Positions 37,399 to 48,247 are shown, counted from the first letter of the stretch. The stretch: 64,000 bases of DNA from an uncultured Bacilli bacterium (GCA_934085675.1 CAKOHH010000001.1:6115-70114); one strand, 5' to 3'. Notes: generated by a model not told the origin, from the sequence alone. Made by a program: numbers and translations.

Positions 37399-38390
37399 AA
37401 GCTTCGATCCTTTACTAAACGACTCATTTGTTCATAATGTGGAACATAAACTCTTAAAATTTGTTCAGCATATTTTTTTAAATCTTCTTTTTGATAAATA
37501 TTTATAATACGTTCCATAGCTTCCTTGATATTTTCTGGTGTTAAAATATTTTGCTGACGATAAAATTCTTTTTTAAAATTTTCCGCCGAAGACGAAAAAT
37601 AACGTGTAAAATCCTCATAAATACTTTCTATACTGTTTTCATAAGATTTCATCGAATTATTTTTGTCTAAATCTGTAAAAAAACAATCAAAACTTAAATC
37701 AACATCATATAAAGGTGACAAAGTATAATTACCATAAATATCTATTATTTCCCAATTTTTAAGATGAAAATCTTTATTCATTATCATAAAGGAAAATAAG
37801 TAACGTTTTGTTAAATCTTTGACAATTCTTTCGGTAATAATTTGGCTATTTTCTTTATCTTTAAATTGAAAACTTAAAGCATCCCAGATAAAATTTAAAG
37901 AATTACAATTGACATGCCGGCGTTCAAAAGCAGCCATCATACCCTCTAAATACTGATCATGAAAATCTTCTTGTTCCTCAGGAGTTAAGGGAGTATCTAA
38001 CCATAAACATAGTAAATTATTAGAGTATAAATATTGTAAATAATTAATAACAATTTCTTTGCCTGATAAAATGTTATCATCATATTTAATATAATTGGTT
38101 GACATCAGGCCATAAATATTTGAACCAGCATCAACTATCTTAGAATGGACTGTTTCAATTCCAACCATTCTAGCTAGTTCTTCCCCAATTATTTGAACAA
38201 AAATTTCTTTAGAAATACCATTTTTTTTAGAAATTTTTAAAAAGTAATTTTCTCCTTCAATATCATTTAACCAATATCCTGAATAATAACAACCACACAA
38301 ATCATTTGGAACAACAGTGTGATTTTTAATAGCCTTTCGCCAATTTGGAACAATACTTTTAAGATTTACAATTCCATTATTAACTTCCAT
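37395..38390 (-). CDS. HipA-family kinase-like protein (HipT-sized), embedded in nusB-xseAB operon
   Basis: 331 aa; catalytic-loop-like DFHLKNWEI (cf HipA DDHLKNFS) and LSPLYDVD (cf HipA LAPAYD); start/stop overlap nusB and xseA; not FolD. Confidence 0.5.
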   Translation of the reverse strand: MEVNNGIVNLKSIVPNWRKAIKNHTVVPNDLCGCYYSGYWLNDIEGENYFLKISKKNGISKEIFVQIIGEELARMVGIETVHSKIVDAGSNIYGLMSTNYIKYDDNILSGKEIVINYLQYLYSNNLLCLWLDTPLTPEEQEDFHDQYLEGMMAAFERRHVNCNSLNFIWDALSFQFKDKENSQIITERIVKDLTKRYLFSFMIMNKDFHLKNWEIIDIYGNYTLSPLYDVDLSFDCFFTDLDKNNSMKSYENSIESIYEDFTRYFSSSAENFKKEFYRQQNILTPENIKEAMERIINIYQKEDLKKYAEQILRVYVPHYEQMSRLVKDRSL

Positions 38391-38785
38391 TAGGACTCCT
38401 TAACATATTTATCTAAAGAAGCATTAATCATATCAGCAAGTTCCTTATCAGTATAAGTTTTAGCAAGCTCTACAGCTTCATTTATAACGACAATTGCCGG
38501 AGTATCCATATATTTTAGTTCATAAAAAGCCATTCTTAAAATATTAGCGCCTGCTTTATCTAAACGATTTATTTTCCAATTGGTTAAATAAGTGTTACAT
38601 AATTTATCAATCTCATCTAAGTGTTGGGTGACTCCATTAACAACTAAGTATACAAAGTCATTTTCAATTTCTAAATTATCTTTTAAAATTTCATCCACAT
38701 TAATGTCATGCTTATTTTGTCTTAAAATATCAATTTGATATAAGCATGTCATACAAACTTTCCGTGCCTCACTTCTAGTAAGCAT
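38390..38785 (-). CDS. nusB: Transcription antitermination factor NusB
   Basis: 131 aa; RSEARKVCMTCLYQ...ILRMAFYEL...INEAVELAK motifs. Confidence 0.9.
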   Translation of the reverse strand: MLTRSEARKVCMTCLYQIDILRQNKHDINVDEILKDNLEIENDFVYLVVNGVTQHLDEIDKLCNTYLTNWKINRLDKAGANILRMAFYELKYMDTPAIVVINEAVELAKTYTDKELADMINASLDKYVKES

Positions 38786-38971
38786 CTAAATCACCTTCAT
38801 TCCTAACTATTTTATCAAAAAAAGATACAAGTTACTAGGCTAAATCAACCTTTTTCTTTGTATTTTTAAAGGCACCACGACCATATTTAGTGTCAATTAA
38901 GTGTCAACGTCTTATCTTTTATATTTTTAAAGTTCATTTAAAGGTATAATAAGTTTTTGAAAGAGGAAATT

Positions 38972-39793
38972 ATGGAAAAAATTGAAATTACAAAGAGCGA
39001 TTTAGAAAAACTTAAAATCATTGGTCGTGGAACAGAAGGAACAATTTATCAATATAGTAATGATGAATTAATTAAAATTTATCATAGTCATTCGGATTAT
39101 AATCAAGGAAAAAGGCAAAATATTATTGTTGATGAAAGTGGCGTTAATATAACACCTATTAAAAAGGTACAAAAGACAAATATTAAAGATCAAACGATTC
39201 AATATTTTGACACTGAAGGAGTTCGTTTAGCCAGAGAAGACGCGATTATAAAAGCCATTGAAGCCCAAAAAAATATTTATTTAACAAAACTACCCCAAAA
39301 AGCTGTATACCTAGATGGAAAAATAAGGGGATGTTCCTTATATTATCATAAACATGCCACAAATATTTATAATGTGATGCATATTCCTGTTTATAAATGG
39401 CGGTTAAAAATCGTTAAAGAAATTTTAAAAGAAGTAAAAGAGTTAGCAGATCATAATATTTATCATATTGATTTATGCCAACATCCTACTAAAGAAAATA
39501 AAAACACCAATATTTTACTCATGAGAGATTTTCATCCTGAGATTATTGATATTGATGGTCATTCTGCTATTTACTCTGAAACGCCAAGTGAATGTTATGA
39601 AAGGTCAACAACTCTTTCTTTAAGTGTCTTAGTAATTGAACTTTTATCTCGAGAGTACATTACTGATTTTTTGAGAAATCCCGAAGATATTGATCTTCAT
39701 GAGTTAGTAAGTGGGAAAATTCCTGAAGCCTTAATAGATGATTTTTTAAATGAAAAATTAACTTTAGAAAAGATTAGTAAACATTTATCTTAA
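38972..39793 (+). CDS. Protein-kinase-like (PKL/APH-fold) protein
   Basis: Gly-rich loop IIGRGTEGTIYQY, Lys in ELIKIY, catalytic-loop-like YHIDLCQHP...N, metal-binding-like IIDIDG; RBS AAGAGG before ATG 38972 (track TTG 38957). Confidence 0.55.
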   Translation: MEKIEITKSDLEKLKIIGRGTEGTIYQYSNDELIKIYHSHSDYNQGKRQNIIVDESGVNITPIKKVQKTNIKDQTIQYFDTEGVRLAREDAIIKAIEAQKNIYLTKLPQKAVYLDGKIRGCSLYYHKHATNIYNVMHIPVYKWRLKIVKEILKEVKELADHNIYHIDLCQHPTKENKNTNILLMRDFHPEIIDIDGHSAIYSETPSECYERSTTLSLSVLVIELLSREYITDFLRNPEDIDLHELVSGKIPEALIDDFLNEKLTLEKISKHLS

Positions 39794-39841
39794 AAAAAGA
39801 AACTCAGTAAAATAACTATTAAGTTTCTTTTTTCTTTACAC

Positions 39842-40447
39842 TTAGTTTTCTTTTTTTCTAGTAAGACCAGTTTGATTTTGGTCTATTTCGTTTGCTTTTA
39901 AAGAATAATAAGAAAGACACCAATTATAACAAGGTATTGATGCAATTAAAGATACATTTTCTTGTAAGAAAGATATATTTTGACTTAAAATTGCTTGATT
40001 TATTTGACGATAGATTTCTCTTCTTTCCTTATAAATTGTTAGAATTTCTTCATCTGTTTTTCCTTCACAAGAAATATAAAAAGTATCAGCTCTATAAATT
40101 GCTCTTTCTTTTAAAGAACGTCCTACATCGGCAATACCAACAATAGCATTTATTTTCATAATATTATTAGGATTAAATTCATGCAACAATTTATGAATAA
40201 TAGGCATATCTTTAATCTTACAATTTTTCATAGGTAAATCAAGAATCTGATTTAATTTTTTCATGCTTTTGTGACAAATATAATATAAGTCAATAAATGA
40301 ATTTAAAGCACTTGTATAATCACCAGCATATAAGATTTTTAAAATAATTTGTTTTACTTCTAGACCATTTTTTAACTCACCATATTCATCAGGTAGTCCA
40401 AAGTGGTTAATGTAATAAGTTTTAACATTGTCCTCCATAATAATCAC
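39842..40447 (-). CDS. Hypothetical protein (201 aa)
   Basis: ORF between kinase-like gene and mutS; no recognisable motif. Confidence 0.5.
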   Translation of the reverse strand: MIIMEDNVKTYYINHFGLPDEYGELKNGLEVKQIILKILYAGDYTSALNSFIDLYYICHKSMKKLNQILDLPMKNCKIKDMPIIHKLLHEFNPNNIMKINAIVGIADVGRSLKERAIYRADTFYISCEGKTDEEILTIYKERREIYRQINQAILSQNISFLQENVSLIASIPCYNWCLSYYSLKANEIDQNQTGLTRKKEN

Positions 40448-40472
40448 CTTTCTAAATTATATTATAGCATAT

Positions 40473-43007
40473 TTATTTTAATTCTTCTTTTAATTCATAA
40501 ATGAAATTAATAGCTTCCAAAGGCGTCATATGTAAAATATCCGCATTTTTTAATTTTTCTTTAATAGGATCTTCTTTTTCCTCTGGAAATTCCATTACAA
40601 ATTGAATTTGCTCTTCATTTTTTTTCTTTTTAGTTTGTTTTTCATGCTTTGATAAGATATCATTGGCATCATTAATAATTTGTTCTGGTAGGCCTGCTAG
40701 TTTGGCAACATGAATACCATAACTTTTATCTACCGCCCCATTTTTGATTTTATGTAAAAAAATTAAATTACCATTTTCTTCAACGGCACTCACATGAACA
40801 TTTTTAATAGAAGGAATTTTACTTTCTAAAGTTGTTAATTCGTGATAATGCGTTGAAAAAAGTGTTTTACAACGAATATGAGTAGCTACATAAGACAAAA
40901 TACTTTCTGCTAAACTCATACCATCATAAGTAGCTGTTCCTCTTCCTAATTCATCAAATAAAATTAAACTATCTTCAGTAGCATTACAAATAGCGTTTTT
41001 GGCTTCTTTCATTTCTACCATAAAGGTAGATTCACCACTTACTAAGTCATCACTTGCCCCTATTCTCGTAAATATTTTATCAACAATTGGCAAATTAGCC
41101 GATGTAGCAGGAACAAAAGAACCCATCTGAGCCATGATTAAAATGATGGCTAATTGTCTCATATAAGTAGATTTACCACTCATATTAGGGCCCGTAATTA
41201 AAAGGGTATTAATAGATTCATCCATAATACAATCATTAGAAACGTATTCTTTATTACTTACTTTTTCAATCACAGGATGACGCCCATTTTTTATTTCAAT
41301 TTTATGATTCGTATTTAAAGTTGGTCTTACTAAATGAAGTTCTTCTGCATCCACAGATAAAGCCGTAATCGCGTCTAACTCTGCCACTAAATTGGCAGTA
41401 TCTGTTAATTTCAAAATTTGTTTTTTGATAGTTTCCTTAATTTCACAGAACAAACGATATTCTAAATCAATAATTTTTTCCTCAGCATTCAAAATAAGAG
41501 CTTCTTTTTCTTTTAACTCAGGACTAATATATCTTTCACATCCTGTCAGAGTTTGTCTTCTTTCCCAATGAAGACTTTCTGGAACATTACTAATTTGACC
41601 TTTTGTAATTTCAATGTAATATCCGAATACTTTATTAAAACCAACTTTTAAGTTTTTAATACCCGTTTCTTCTTTTAATTTGTTTTCAATACTTGCAATA
41701 AACTCTTTACCACCACTTCTTATTTTCTTTAATTCATCTAATTCCTGATTATAACCTTCTTTAATGAGGTAGCCTTCTTTAATTGTAACAGGAGGATCTT
41801 CATAAATAGCCTCTTCTAATAGATTATATAAATCTTCGTGGGTATTAATTTCCATATCAAAATGCAAATTACAAACAATTTCTTTAATTTTAGGTAGTTC
41901 TTTTAAACTTTGTTTTAATTGTAATAAATCACGAGCATTTAAAGAACCACAAGAGACTTTTCCACATAATCTTTCAATATCATAAATATTATATAAAGAA
42001 TTACGAAGTTCATCTTTTAAAATAAATTCTTGATTTAATATTTCAATTTTATTATAACGTTCTTCAATAAGAGTTTGGTTTTTTAAAGGATTCATAAGCC
42101 AAAATTTTAATTTTCTAGAACCCATACTTGTTTTAGTTTTGTCTAAAAGCCAAATTAAAGAATAGGTTCTTTCTTTAAGACGAAGGGTTTCAATTAATTC
42201 TAAGTTGCGAACCGTGTGAACATCCATCATCAAATAATCATCAGGAATAACCACTTCGACTGGTTTAAAATGTGATAAATCTTTTAATTCTTTTACAACT
42301 AAATAATGCATTAAATGTTTAATAGCTTCAATATAATGTGGTTCTTCAACATTTTCATAAACGGATTCATAAGCATTTTCTAAAAGTTCTTCGTCAAAAG
42401 ACATTTCAATACCATAATTTCCTTTTAGGCTTGCTTGAAGATCATAATCTAAATCTTTTTTAATAACAACTTCTAAAATATTTAGATTTAAAATAGTACT
42501 TAATAGTTTCTCTTTTTGATGAGGTAGAATAGAAACGTAAATACTACCCGTTGATATATCAGCATAACAAAGAGTATATATATAAGAAAAGTCTAGAATA
42601 CTAGCAATGTAATGGTTATTATGTTCATTTAGTAATTCTAAATCAACAACCGTTCCTTTACTAATAACTTGTGTAACACCTCGTTTTACCATTCCTTTAG
42701 CGTCTTTTGGATCTTCTAGTTGTTCACATATGGCTACTTTATAGCCTTTGTTAACTAACTTTTCAATATAAGGCTTTACAGAATGAAAAGGAACTCCACA
42801 CATAGGGACTCTTTCCTTAAGACCAGCATTTTTACCAGTTAAAGTAAGTTCTAGTTCTCTTGAAGCTGTAATTCCGTCTTCAAAGAAAAGTTCATAAAAG
42901 TCCCCGATACGATAAAAAAGAAGTTCTTCTTCATACTCTTTTTTTGTGTCCATATATTGTTTCATCATAGGACTTAATTCTTCATAATTCACATCACTGC
43001 GTTTCAT
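40473..43007 (-). CDS. mutS: DNA mismatch repair protein MutS
   Basis: 844 aa; Walker A GPNMSGKSTYMRQ, ABC signature/ Walker B (LILFDELGRGT), N-terminal mismatch-binding GDFYELF. Confidence 0.95.
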   Translation of the reverse strand: MKRSDVNYEELSPMMKQYMDTKKEYEEELLFYRIGDFYELFFEDGITASRELELTLTGKNAGLKERVPMCGVPFHSVKPYIEKLVNKGYKVAICEQLEDPKDAKGMVKRGVTQVISKGTVVDLELLNEHNNHYIASILDFSYIYTLCYADISTGSIYVSILPHQKEKLLSTILNLNILEVVIKKDLDYDLQASLKGNYGIEMSFDEELLENAYESVYENVEEPHYIEAIKHLMHYLVVKELKDLSHFKPVEVVIPDDYLMMDVHTVRNLELIETLRLKERTYSLIWLLDKTKTSMGSRKLKFWLMNPLKNQTLIEERYNKIEILNQEFILKDELRNSLYNIYDIERLCGKVSCGSLNARDLLQLKQSLKELPKIKEIVCNLHFDMEINTHEDLYNLLEEAIYEDPPVTIKEGYLIKEGYNQELDELKKIRSGGKEFIASIENKLKEETGIKNLKVGFNKVFGYYIEITKGQISNVPESLHWERRQTLTGCERYISPELKEKEALILNAEEKIIDLEYRLFCEIKETIKKQILKLTDTANLVAELDAITALSVDAEELHLVRPTLNTNHKIEIKNGRHPVIEKVSNKEYVSNDCIMDESINTLLITGPNMSGKSTYMRQLAIILIMAQMGSFVPATSANLPIVDKIFTRIGASDDLVSGESTFMVEMKEAKNAICNATEDSLILFDELGRGTATYDGMSLAESILSYVATHIRCKTLFSTHYHELTTLESKIPSIKNVHVSAVEENGNLIFLHKIKNGAVDKSYGIHVAKLAGLPEQIINDANDILSKHEKQTKKKKNEEQIQFVMEFPEEKEDPIKEKLKNADILHMTPLEAINFIYELKEELK

Positions 43008-43090
43008 TTTCTACCACCCGTACTAAAGATTATAACATATATGTTATACATTTTGTTAAAGAAAAATCAAGGAATAACCCTTGATTTTCA

Positions 43091-44992
43091 CTAATTTGCT
43101 AACTTGTCACAGATAAGACTTGCAAGTTCTGTTGGATTTTCAAGAGGAAGGCCTTCAATAAGTCTTGCTTCAGCATATAAAATTTTAGTATAGTCTTTTA
43201 AAGCTTCTTTATCTGTTTCATACAACGTTTTTAATTTTTGAGCAATTTTATGATTTGCATTAATTTCTAATACTTTATTGGCATTTATCTTTTCATCTGT
43301 TGGCATGGCATTAATAACCTTTTCCATTTCGATGGAAATATCTCCTTCAGATACTAAACAAACTGGATGATTTTTTAAACGATTAGTAAATTTTACCCCG
43401 GAAACATCTTTTAAAGATTCCTTCATAGTAGCAAGTAAATCTTTACTATCTTCATTTAATTTTTGCAATTCTTCTTTTTCTTCTTCTGTATCTAAATTTA
43501 AATCTTCTTTGCAAATGTTTACAAATTTCTTACCTTCATATTCTCTTAAACTTTGGAAAGTAAATTCATCAACATACTCAGTGCAATATAAAATTTCATA
43601 GCCTTTATCTGCGACTTGTTCTACTTGAGGCATAAGTTTTATCTTATCTGTTGTTTCCCCACAAGCATAATAAATAGCATCTTGTTTATCTTTCATTCTA
43701 GAAACATAATCTTTTAAAGAAGTCATTTTATCTTCATAAGAAGAAGGGAAAATAATTAAATCTTGAAGTTTTTCTTTATGCATACCAAAGTTTTCATAAA
43801 TACCATATTTAATAGTAGCACCGAAAGTTTTAAAGAATTTTTCATAATTTTCTTTATCTTCTTTCATCATACTTGTTAATTCTTTAATAATTTTGGTTTC
43901 AATATTTTTAGCAATTAATTTTAAATTTTTATCTTGTTGCAACATTTCCCGAGAAATATTTAAAGATAAGTCTGGAGAATCAACAACGCCTTTGACAAAA
44001 CTAAAGTAATCAGGAAGTAAATCAGCACAGTTTTCCATGATTAAAACCCCGTTAGAGTAAAGTTGTAAGCCTTTTTCATATGTTTTCGTATAAAAATCAT
44101 AAGGTGCATGACTTGGGATAAATAGTAAACTATTAAAACTTACTAAGCCTTCAGCGCTTGTATGAATGACTTTTAAAGGTTTTTCATAGTCCATGAATTT
44201 ATCACTATAGAAGGTATCATAATCTTCTTCTTTAATTTTTTTCTTATCTCTTTTCCATAAAGGAACCATATCATTTAAGGTTTCAATTTCGGTGTGATTT
44301 TCGTATTCATTTTCCGTTCCTTCTTTTAAATGACTGTGAGTAACCTCCATTTTTATAGGATAAGTAATATAATCAGAGTATTTTTTAATAAGTCCTTTTA
44401 AACGATATTCTTCTAAGTATTCTGAATATTTTTCATCTTCGGTGTCTTCTTTTAAAGTTAAGATAATGTCTGTTCCATAAGTATCTTTACTTGCTTTTTC
44501 AATGGTATAACCATCAATACCTTCACTTATCCATTTATAAGCTTCTTCACTGCCATAAGCTTTAGATATTACCTCTATTTTAGAAGCAACCATAAAGGCA
44601 CTGTAAAAACCAACACCAAATTGACCAATGATATCAATATCTTTTTGATGCTCTTTTTCTTCTTTAAAAGCAAGAGAACCGCTTTTAGCAATTGTTCCTA
44701 AATTGTTTTCTAGTTCTTCTTTAGTCATACCACAACCGTTATCTGTAATGGTTAAAGTATGTTTTTCTTTATCAGGTTTCACAAAGATAGCAAAGTCTTT
44801 AGTATTAACTTTTATATCTTTATTGGTAAGAGACTCATAATGAAGTTTATCAATTGCATCGCTGGCATTAGAAATGATTTCTCTTAAAAATATTTCTTTA
44901 TTAGTATATATAGAATTTATCATCAAATCCATTAATTTTTTTGATTCTGTTTTAAATTGCTTTTTAGCCATATTTATTCCTTCTTTCAACAC
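43091..44992 (-). CDS. htpG: Chaperone HtpG (Hsp90 family)
   Basis: 633 aa; GHKL ATPase N-domain EIFLRELISNASDA, GQFGVGFYSAFMVA. Confidence 0.95.
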   Translation of the reverse strand: MLKEGINMAKKQFKTESKKLMDLMINSIYTNKEIFLREIISNASDAIDKLHYESLTNKDIKVNTKDFAIFVKPDKEKHTLTITDNGCGMTKEELENNLGTIAKSGSLAFKEEKEHQKDIDIIGQFGVGFYSAFMVASKIEVISKAYGSEEAYKWISEGIDGYTIEKASKDTYGTDIILTLKEDTEDEKYSEYLEEYRLKGLIKKYSDYITYPIKMEVTHSHLKEGTENEYENHTEIETLNDMVPLWKRDKKKIKEEDYDTFYSDKFMDYEKPLKVIHTSAEGLVSFNSLLFIPSHAPYDFYTKTYEKGLQLYSNGVLIMENCADLLPDYFSFVKGVVDSPDLSLNISREMLQQDKNLKLIAKNIETKIIKELTSMMKEDKENYEKFFKTFGATIKYGIYENFGMHKEKLQDLIIFPSSYEDKMTSLKDYVSRMKDKQDAIYYACGETTDKIKLMPQVEQVADKGYEILYCTEYVDEFTFQSLREYEGKKFVNICKEDLNLDTEEEKEELQKLNEDSKDLLATMKESLKDVSGVKFTNRLKNHPVCLVSEGDISIEMEKVINAMPTDEKINANKVLEINANHKIAQKLKTLYETDKEALKDYTKILYAEARLIEGLPLENPTELASLICDKLAN

Positions 44993-45164
44993 CTAAAGTT
45001 ATAGCACATTTATTTAGCACTGTCAATATATGAGTGCTAAATATTTTTTCTTTATCTTAAAAATATTTGTCCCTATAAATCTCTGTACTTTTTATCCCAA
45101 AAAATTATATAATAAATTTGACATATAAAAATATATACAGCATAAATTAGATTAGGTGACTTAT

Positions 45165-45491
45165 ATGAAATTGAAATTAAATAACCAAGAAATTGAAATC
45201 AAAAAGGCTACTAACTTTAAAGACCGCCTTTTGGGCCTTATGGGTAAAACAAATATTACCTATGGAATTTTGTTTCCAAATTGTAATGCAATACATACTT
45301 TTTTCATGAAAGAAAACATTGATGTTATTGGCTTAAATGAAAATAATCAAGTGATTTATATATATCGTGATGTCCCTAAAAATAAAATTGTTAAGGTAAG
45401 TGAAGAGCCAAAAAAAACTAGTATTTTAGAAATTCCTAAAAATACTAGTCAAAAATTATACATTGGTTCCGTTTTAAAATTTATTCCTTGA
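45165..45491 (+). CDS. DUF192 (COG1430) family protein
   Basis: RLLGLMGK...GILFP...IHTFFM...IDVIGL motifs; ATG 45165 preceded by TAGGTGA. Confidence 0.6.
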   Translation: MKLKLNNQEIEIKKATNFKDRLLGLMGKTNITYGILFPNCNAIHTFFMKENIDVIGLNENNQVIYIYRDVPKNKIVKVSEEPKKTSILEIPKNTSQKLYIGSVLKFIP

Positions 45492-46761
45492 ATTCAAAAA
45501 TGTAATCCATGATTTGAACTTCATCGCCTCTTTTAGCACCTAAGCGTTCTAATTCATCATCAATACCCATACCTTTTAATTTTCGTCCAAAGCGTAAAAC
45601 AGCTTCTTTTTCTTCAAAACGAGTCATTTGAAACAATTTGGCAATTTCTTCGCCTCGAATAACCCATATACCATCTTCTTTCGTAATAGTGTATGGTTTT
45701 TCATTTTTAAAGCGATAAATCACAGTAGATTCAAAATCATCATTTTTATAAATCTCGGTTTTAGGTAAAGTATCAATAGTCTTTTTTAAATAAAGCATTA
45801 ATTCATCTAAGCCTTCATGAGTAAGACCACTTATTTCAAAGATGTCTTTAGAAGGATATTTTGCTTTAAATTTTTTTAGATTTTCTTCGTAAGAAGGTAA
45901 ATCTTTTTTATTGGCTAAAATAATTTCTTTTTTATTGGCTAAGGCTTCGCTGTAATTCACAATTTCTTTACGAATAATTTCATAATCAGAAATAGGATCT
46001 CTTCCCTCTTCGCTTCCCATATCAAGTACATGAGCCAAAATAAGACAACGAGAAGCATGTCTTAGAAAGTCAAGCCCTAGACCTACTCCTTTACTTGCTC
46101 CTTCAATCATACCAGGTAAATCAGCTAAAACGAAGGAAGTTTTATCTTTTAAAGTAACAACACCTAAGTTAGGACTTAAGGTTGTAAAGTGATAACTAGC
46201 AACTTTTGGGTTTGCACTAGTAACGGCACTTAAAATAGTACTTTTACCAACACTTGGCATACCAACAAGTCCTACATCAGCCAAAAGTTTTAATTCACAT
46301 TTAATATAACGTATTTCACCTGGTTCTCCTAATTCTGAAAATTCTGGGGCAGGTTTTTCATGAGTTGCAAAAGCTGTATTTCCTCTTCCTCCACGACCAC
46401 CATGAGCAACGATAACTCTATCTTTATCTTCTAATAAATCCGCTAATACCAAACCTGTATCATCATCAAAGATGGTGGTGCCAGCAGGCACTTTAATAAT
46501 TATATCTTCGGCATTGGCTCCTCGTCTATTTTTACCTTTGCCATTTTCTCCTTTTGTGGCTTTTACTATTTTATGATATTTCAAATCAACTAGTGTTTTT
46601 AAACTATCATCGCACTCAAAAATAATGTCGCCACCTTTACCACCTGATCCTCCATCTGGTCCACCCATAGGAATATATTTTTCTCTACGAAAAGAAGTAC
46701 ATCCATCGCCACCTTTACCGGCAATTAATTTCATTTTTACAATATCTACAAACATAATCAT
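45481..46761 (-). CDS. obg: GTPase Obg/CgtA
   Basis: Obg fold N-domain (GGKGGDGCTSFRREKY, Gly-rich), G1 GMPSVGKST, G3 DLPG, G4 NKKD; 426 aa. Confidence 0.93.
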   Translation of the reverse strand: MIMFVDIVKMKLIAGKGGDGCTSFRREKYIPMGGPDGGSGGKGGDIIFECDDSLKTLVDLKYHKIVKATKGENGKGKNRRGANAEDIIIKVPAGTTIFDDDTGLVLADLLEDKDRVIVAHGGRGGRGNTAFATHEKPAPEFSELGEPGEIRYIKCELKLLADVGLVGMPSVGKSTILSAVTSANPKVASYHFTTLSPNLGVVTLKDKTSFVLADLPGMIEGASKGVGLGLDFLRHASRCLILAHVLDMGSEEGRDPISDYEIIRKEIVNYSEALANKKEIILANKKDLPSYEENLKKFKAKYPSKDIFEISGLTHEGLDELMLYLKKTIDTLPKTEIYKNDDFESTVIYRFKNEKPYTITKEDGIWVIRGEEIAKLFQMTRFEEKEAVLRFGRKLKGMGIDDELERLGAKRGDEVQIMDYIFEFKE

Positions 46762-46941
46762 ATTCCTTTCTAAAATTGTTTTTTAAATTTTTGTGTCATT
46801 TTATAATTAATTTAATCTGTTATTATTGCTCGTTTTTTGCATTTTTTATTTTAACATAGTTTTATAAAGAAGACAATTGTTTTATTTTTACAAATTTTAT
46901 GAAAAAAGCCCCTTGTATAAAGGACTTTACAAATATATATT

Positions 46942-48105
46942 CTAAGAATTAGTTATTAATTTAATTTGTCTTTTTTCTTCATTAATTTTATTTTCTATAG
47001 CAATTCTTTGCAGAACAAAACACATTAAAATAATATTCATGTTATAACTTCCCCCATAACTTAAAAATGGAAGTGGTACGCCTGTCAAAGGAATTAAGGC
47101 TAAAGAACCGGCTAAATTTATGATTAAATGAAGCAAAATATAAATAAATGTTCCATAGCAAATAATAAAGTTACGGATATTATCACATGATTTCGCTATC
47201 TTTAAAATACGATATAATATTAAAATATAACCAATTAAAACGAAAATTCCTACTAAAAGTCCTAATTCTTCTACTAATATAGGAAAAATAAAATCGGTAT
47301 GGGCTTCAGGTAAATATAAATACTTTTGACTAGAATTACCAAGACCAACTCCAAAAAGTCCGCCATTATGATAAGCGATAAGACCATTGCATACTTGGTA
47401 CCCTGTATCGTCCATATAACGGCTACAAGGGGCATCAAACTTAAGTCGTGATAATTGCGAAGAATTAAAGATATCAGAGCCACTATAAAGAAGAACAATT
47501 GCACTTATTATAGAGCCAATACCTATATATTTTATAATATTTACTTTCTTTTTATCTGGAAATGGAATTTTTAAAAAAGTAAAAAAGACAATACCGGCGA
47601 TAATAGCAGCACCACCAAAGTCAGGTTGTTTGGCTACTAAAATAAAAATAAAAAGAGCGATAACAATAGGAATAAAATTATATAAAAAAGTTTTTTTTCT
47701 TTTCAAACTTTTCTCATAAAAAACGCCCATATATAAAATTAAAGCGGTCTTAGCAAACTCGGTTGGTTGCAGATTAAAAAAGCCAAAATCAATCCAACTT
47801 TGAGCACCACCAGCAATAGCTCCGTAGCCAAAAACATAAAGAAGTAAGGCCACGACACCAATTAAATAAAGTGGCGCAAACCATTTATAATTACGTGTAG
47901 GATATTTTAAAATGAATAAAAATCCTAAAAGACAAGAAAATAAAACAAATATCACTTGACGAATAAAAAAATAATAAGAGGAAACTTGATATCTTAATAC
48001 AGCTGAAACAGAAGAAGCACTTAAAATCATTACTATTCCCAAAATTATATAAACTAACATTAGAAAAAAAAGAGACCTATCTATTTTTTTCATTAAGGAC
48101 TTCAT
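46942..48105 (-). CDS. SEDS-family peptidoglycan polymerase (FtsW/RodA/SpoVE)
   Basis: 387 aa, ~10 TM, conserved GGS and PLP(F)LSYGGS C-terminal motifs. Confidence 0.85.
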   Translation of the reverse strand: MKSLMKKIDRSLFFLMLVYIILGIVMILSASSVSAVLRYQVSSYYFFIRQVIFVLFSCLLGFLFILKYPTRNYKWFAPLYLIGVVALLLYVFGYGAIAGGAQSWIDFGFFNLQPTEFAKTALILYMGVFYEKSLKRKKTFLYNFIPIVIALFIFILVAKQPDFGGAAIIAGIVFFTFLKIPFPDKKKVNIIKYIGIGSIISAIVLLYSGSDIFNSSQLSRLKFDAPCSRYMDDTGYQVCNGLIAYHNGGLFGVGLGNSSQKYLYLPEAHTDFIFPILVEELGLLVGIFVLIGYILILYRILKIAKSCDNIRNFIICYGTFIYILLHLIINLAGSLALIPLTGVPLPFLSYGGSYNMNIILMCFVLQRIAIENKINEEKRQIKLITNS

Positions 48106-48247
48106 AATATCACCTTATTATAATCGTATCACAAAAATAAATAGATAAAAAGGCATTTTAAAAAATGGTTGACAAAAATGATACACATTTTATATCACTT
48201 TTGCAAAAGATGTATAAAATATAATAGATAGATTAGGAGGTAATACT

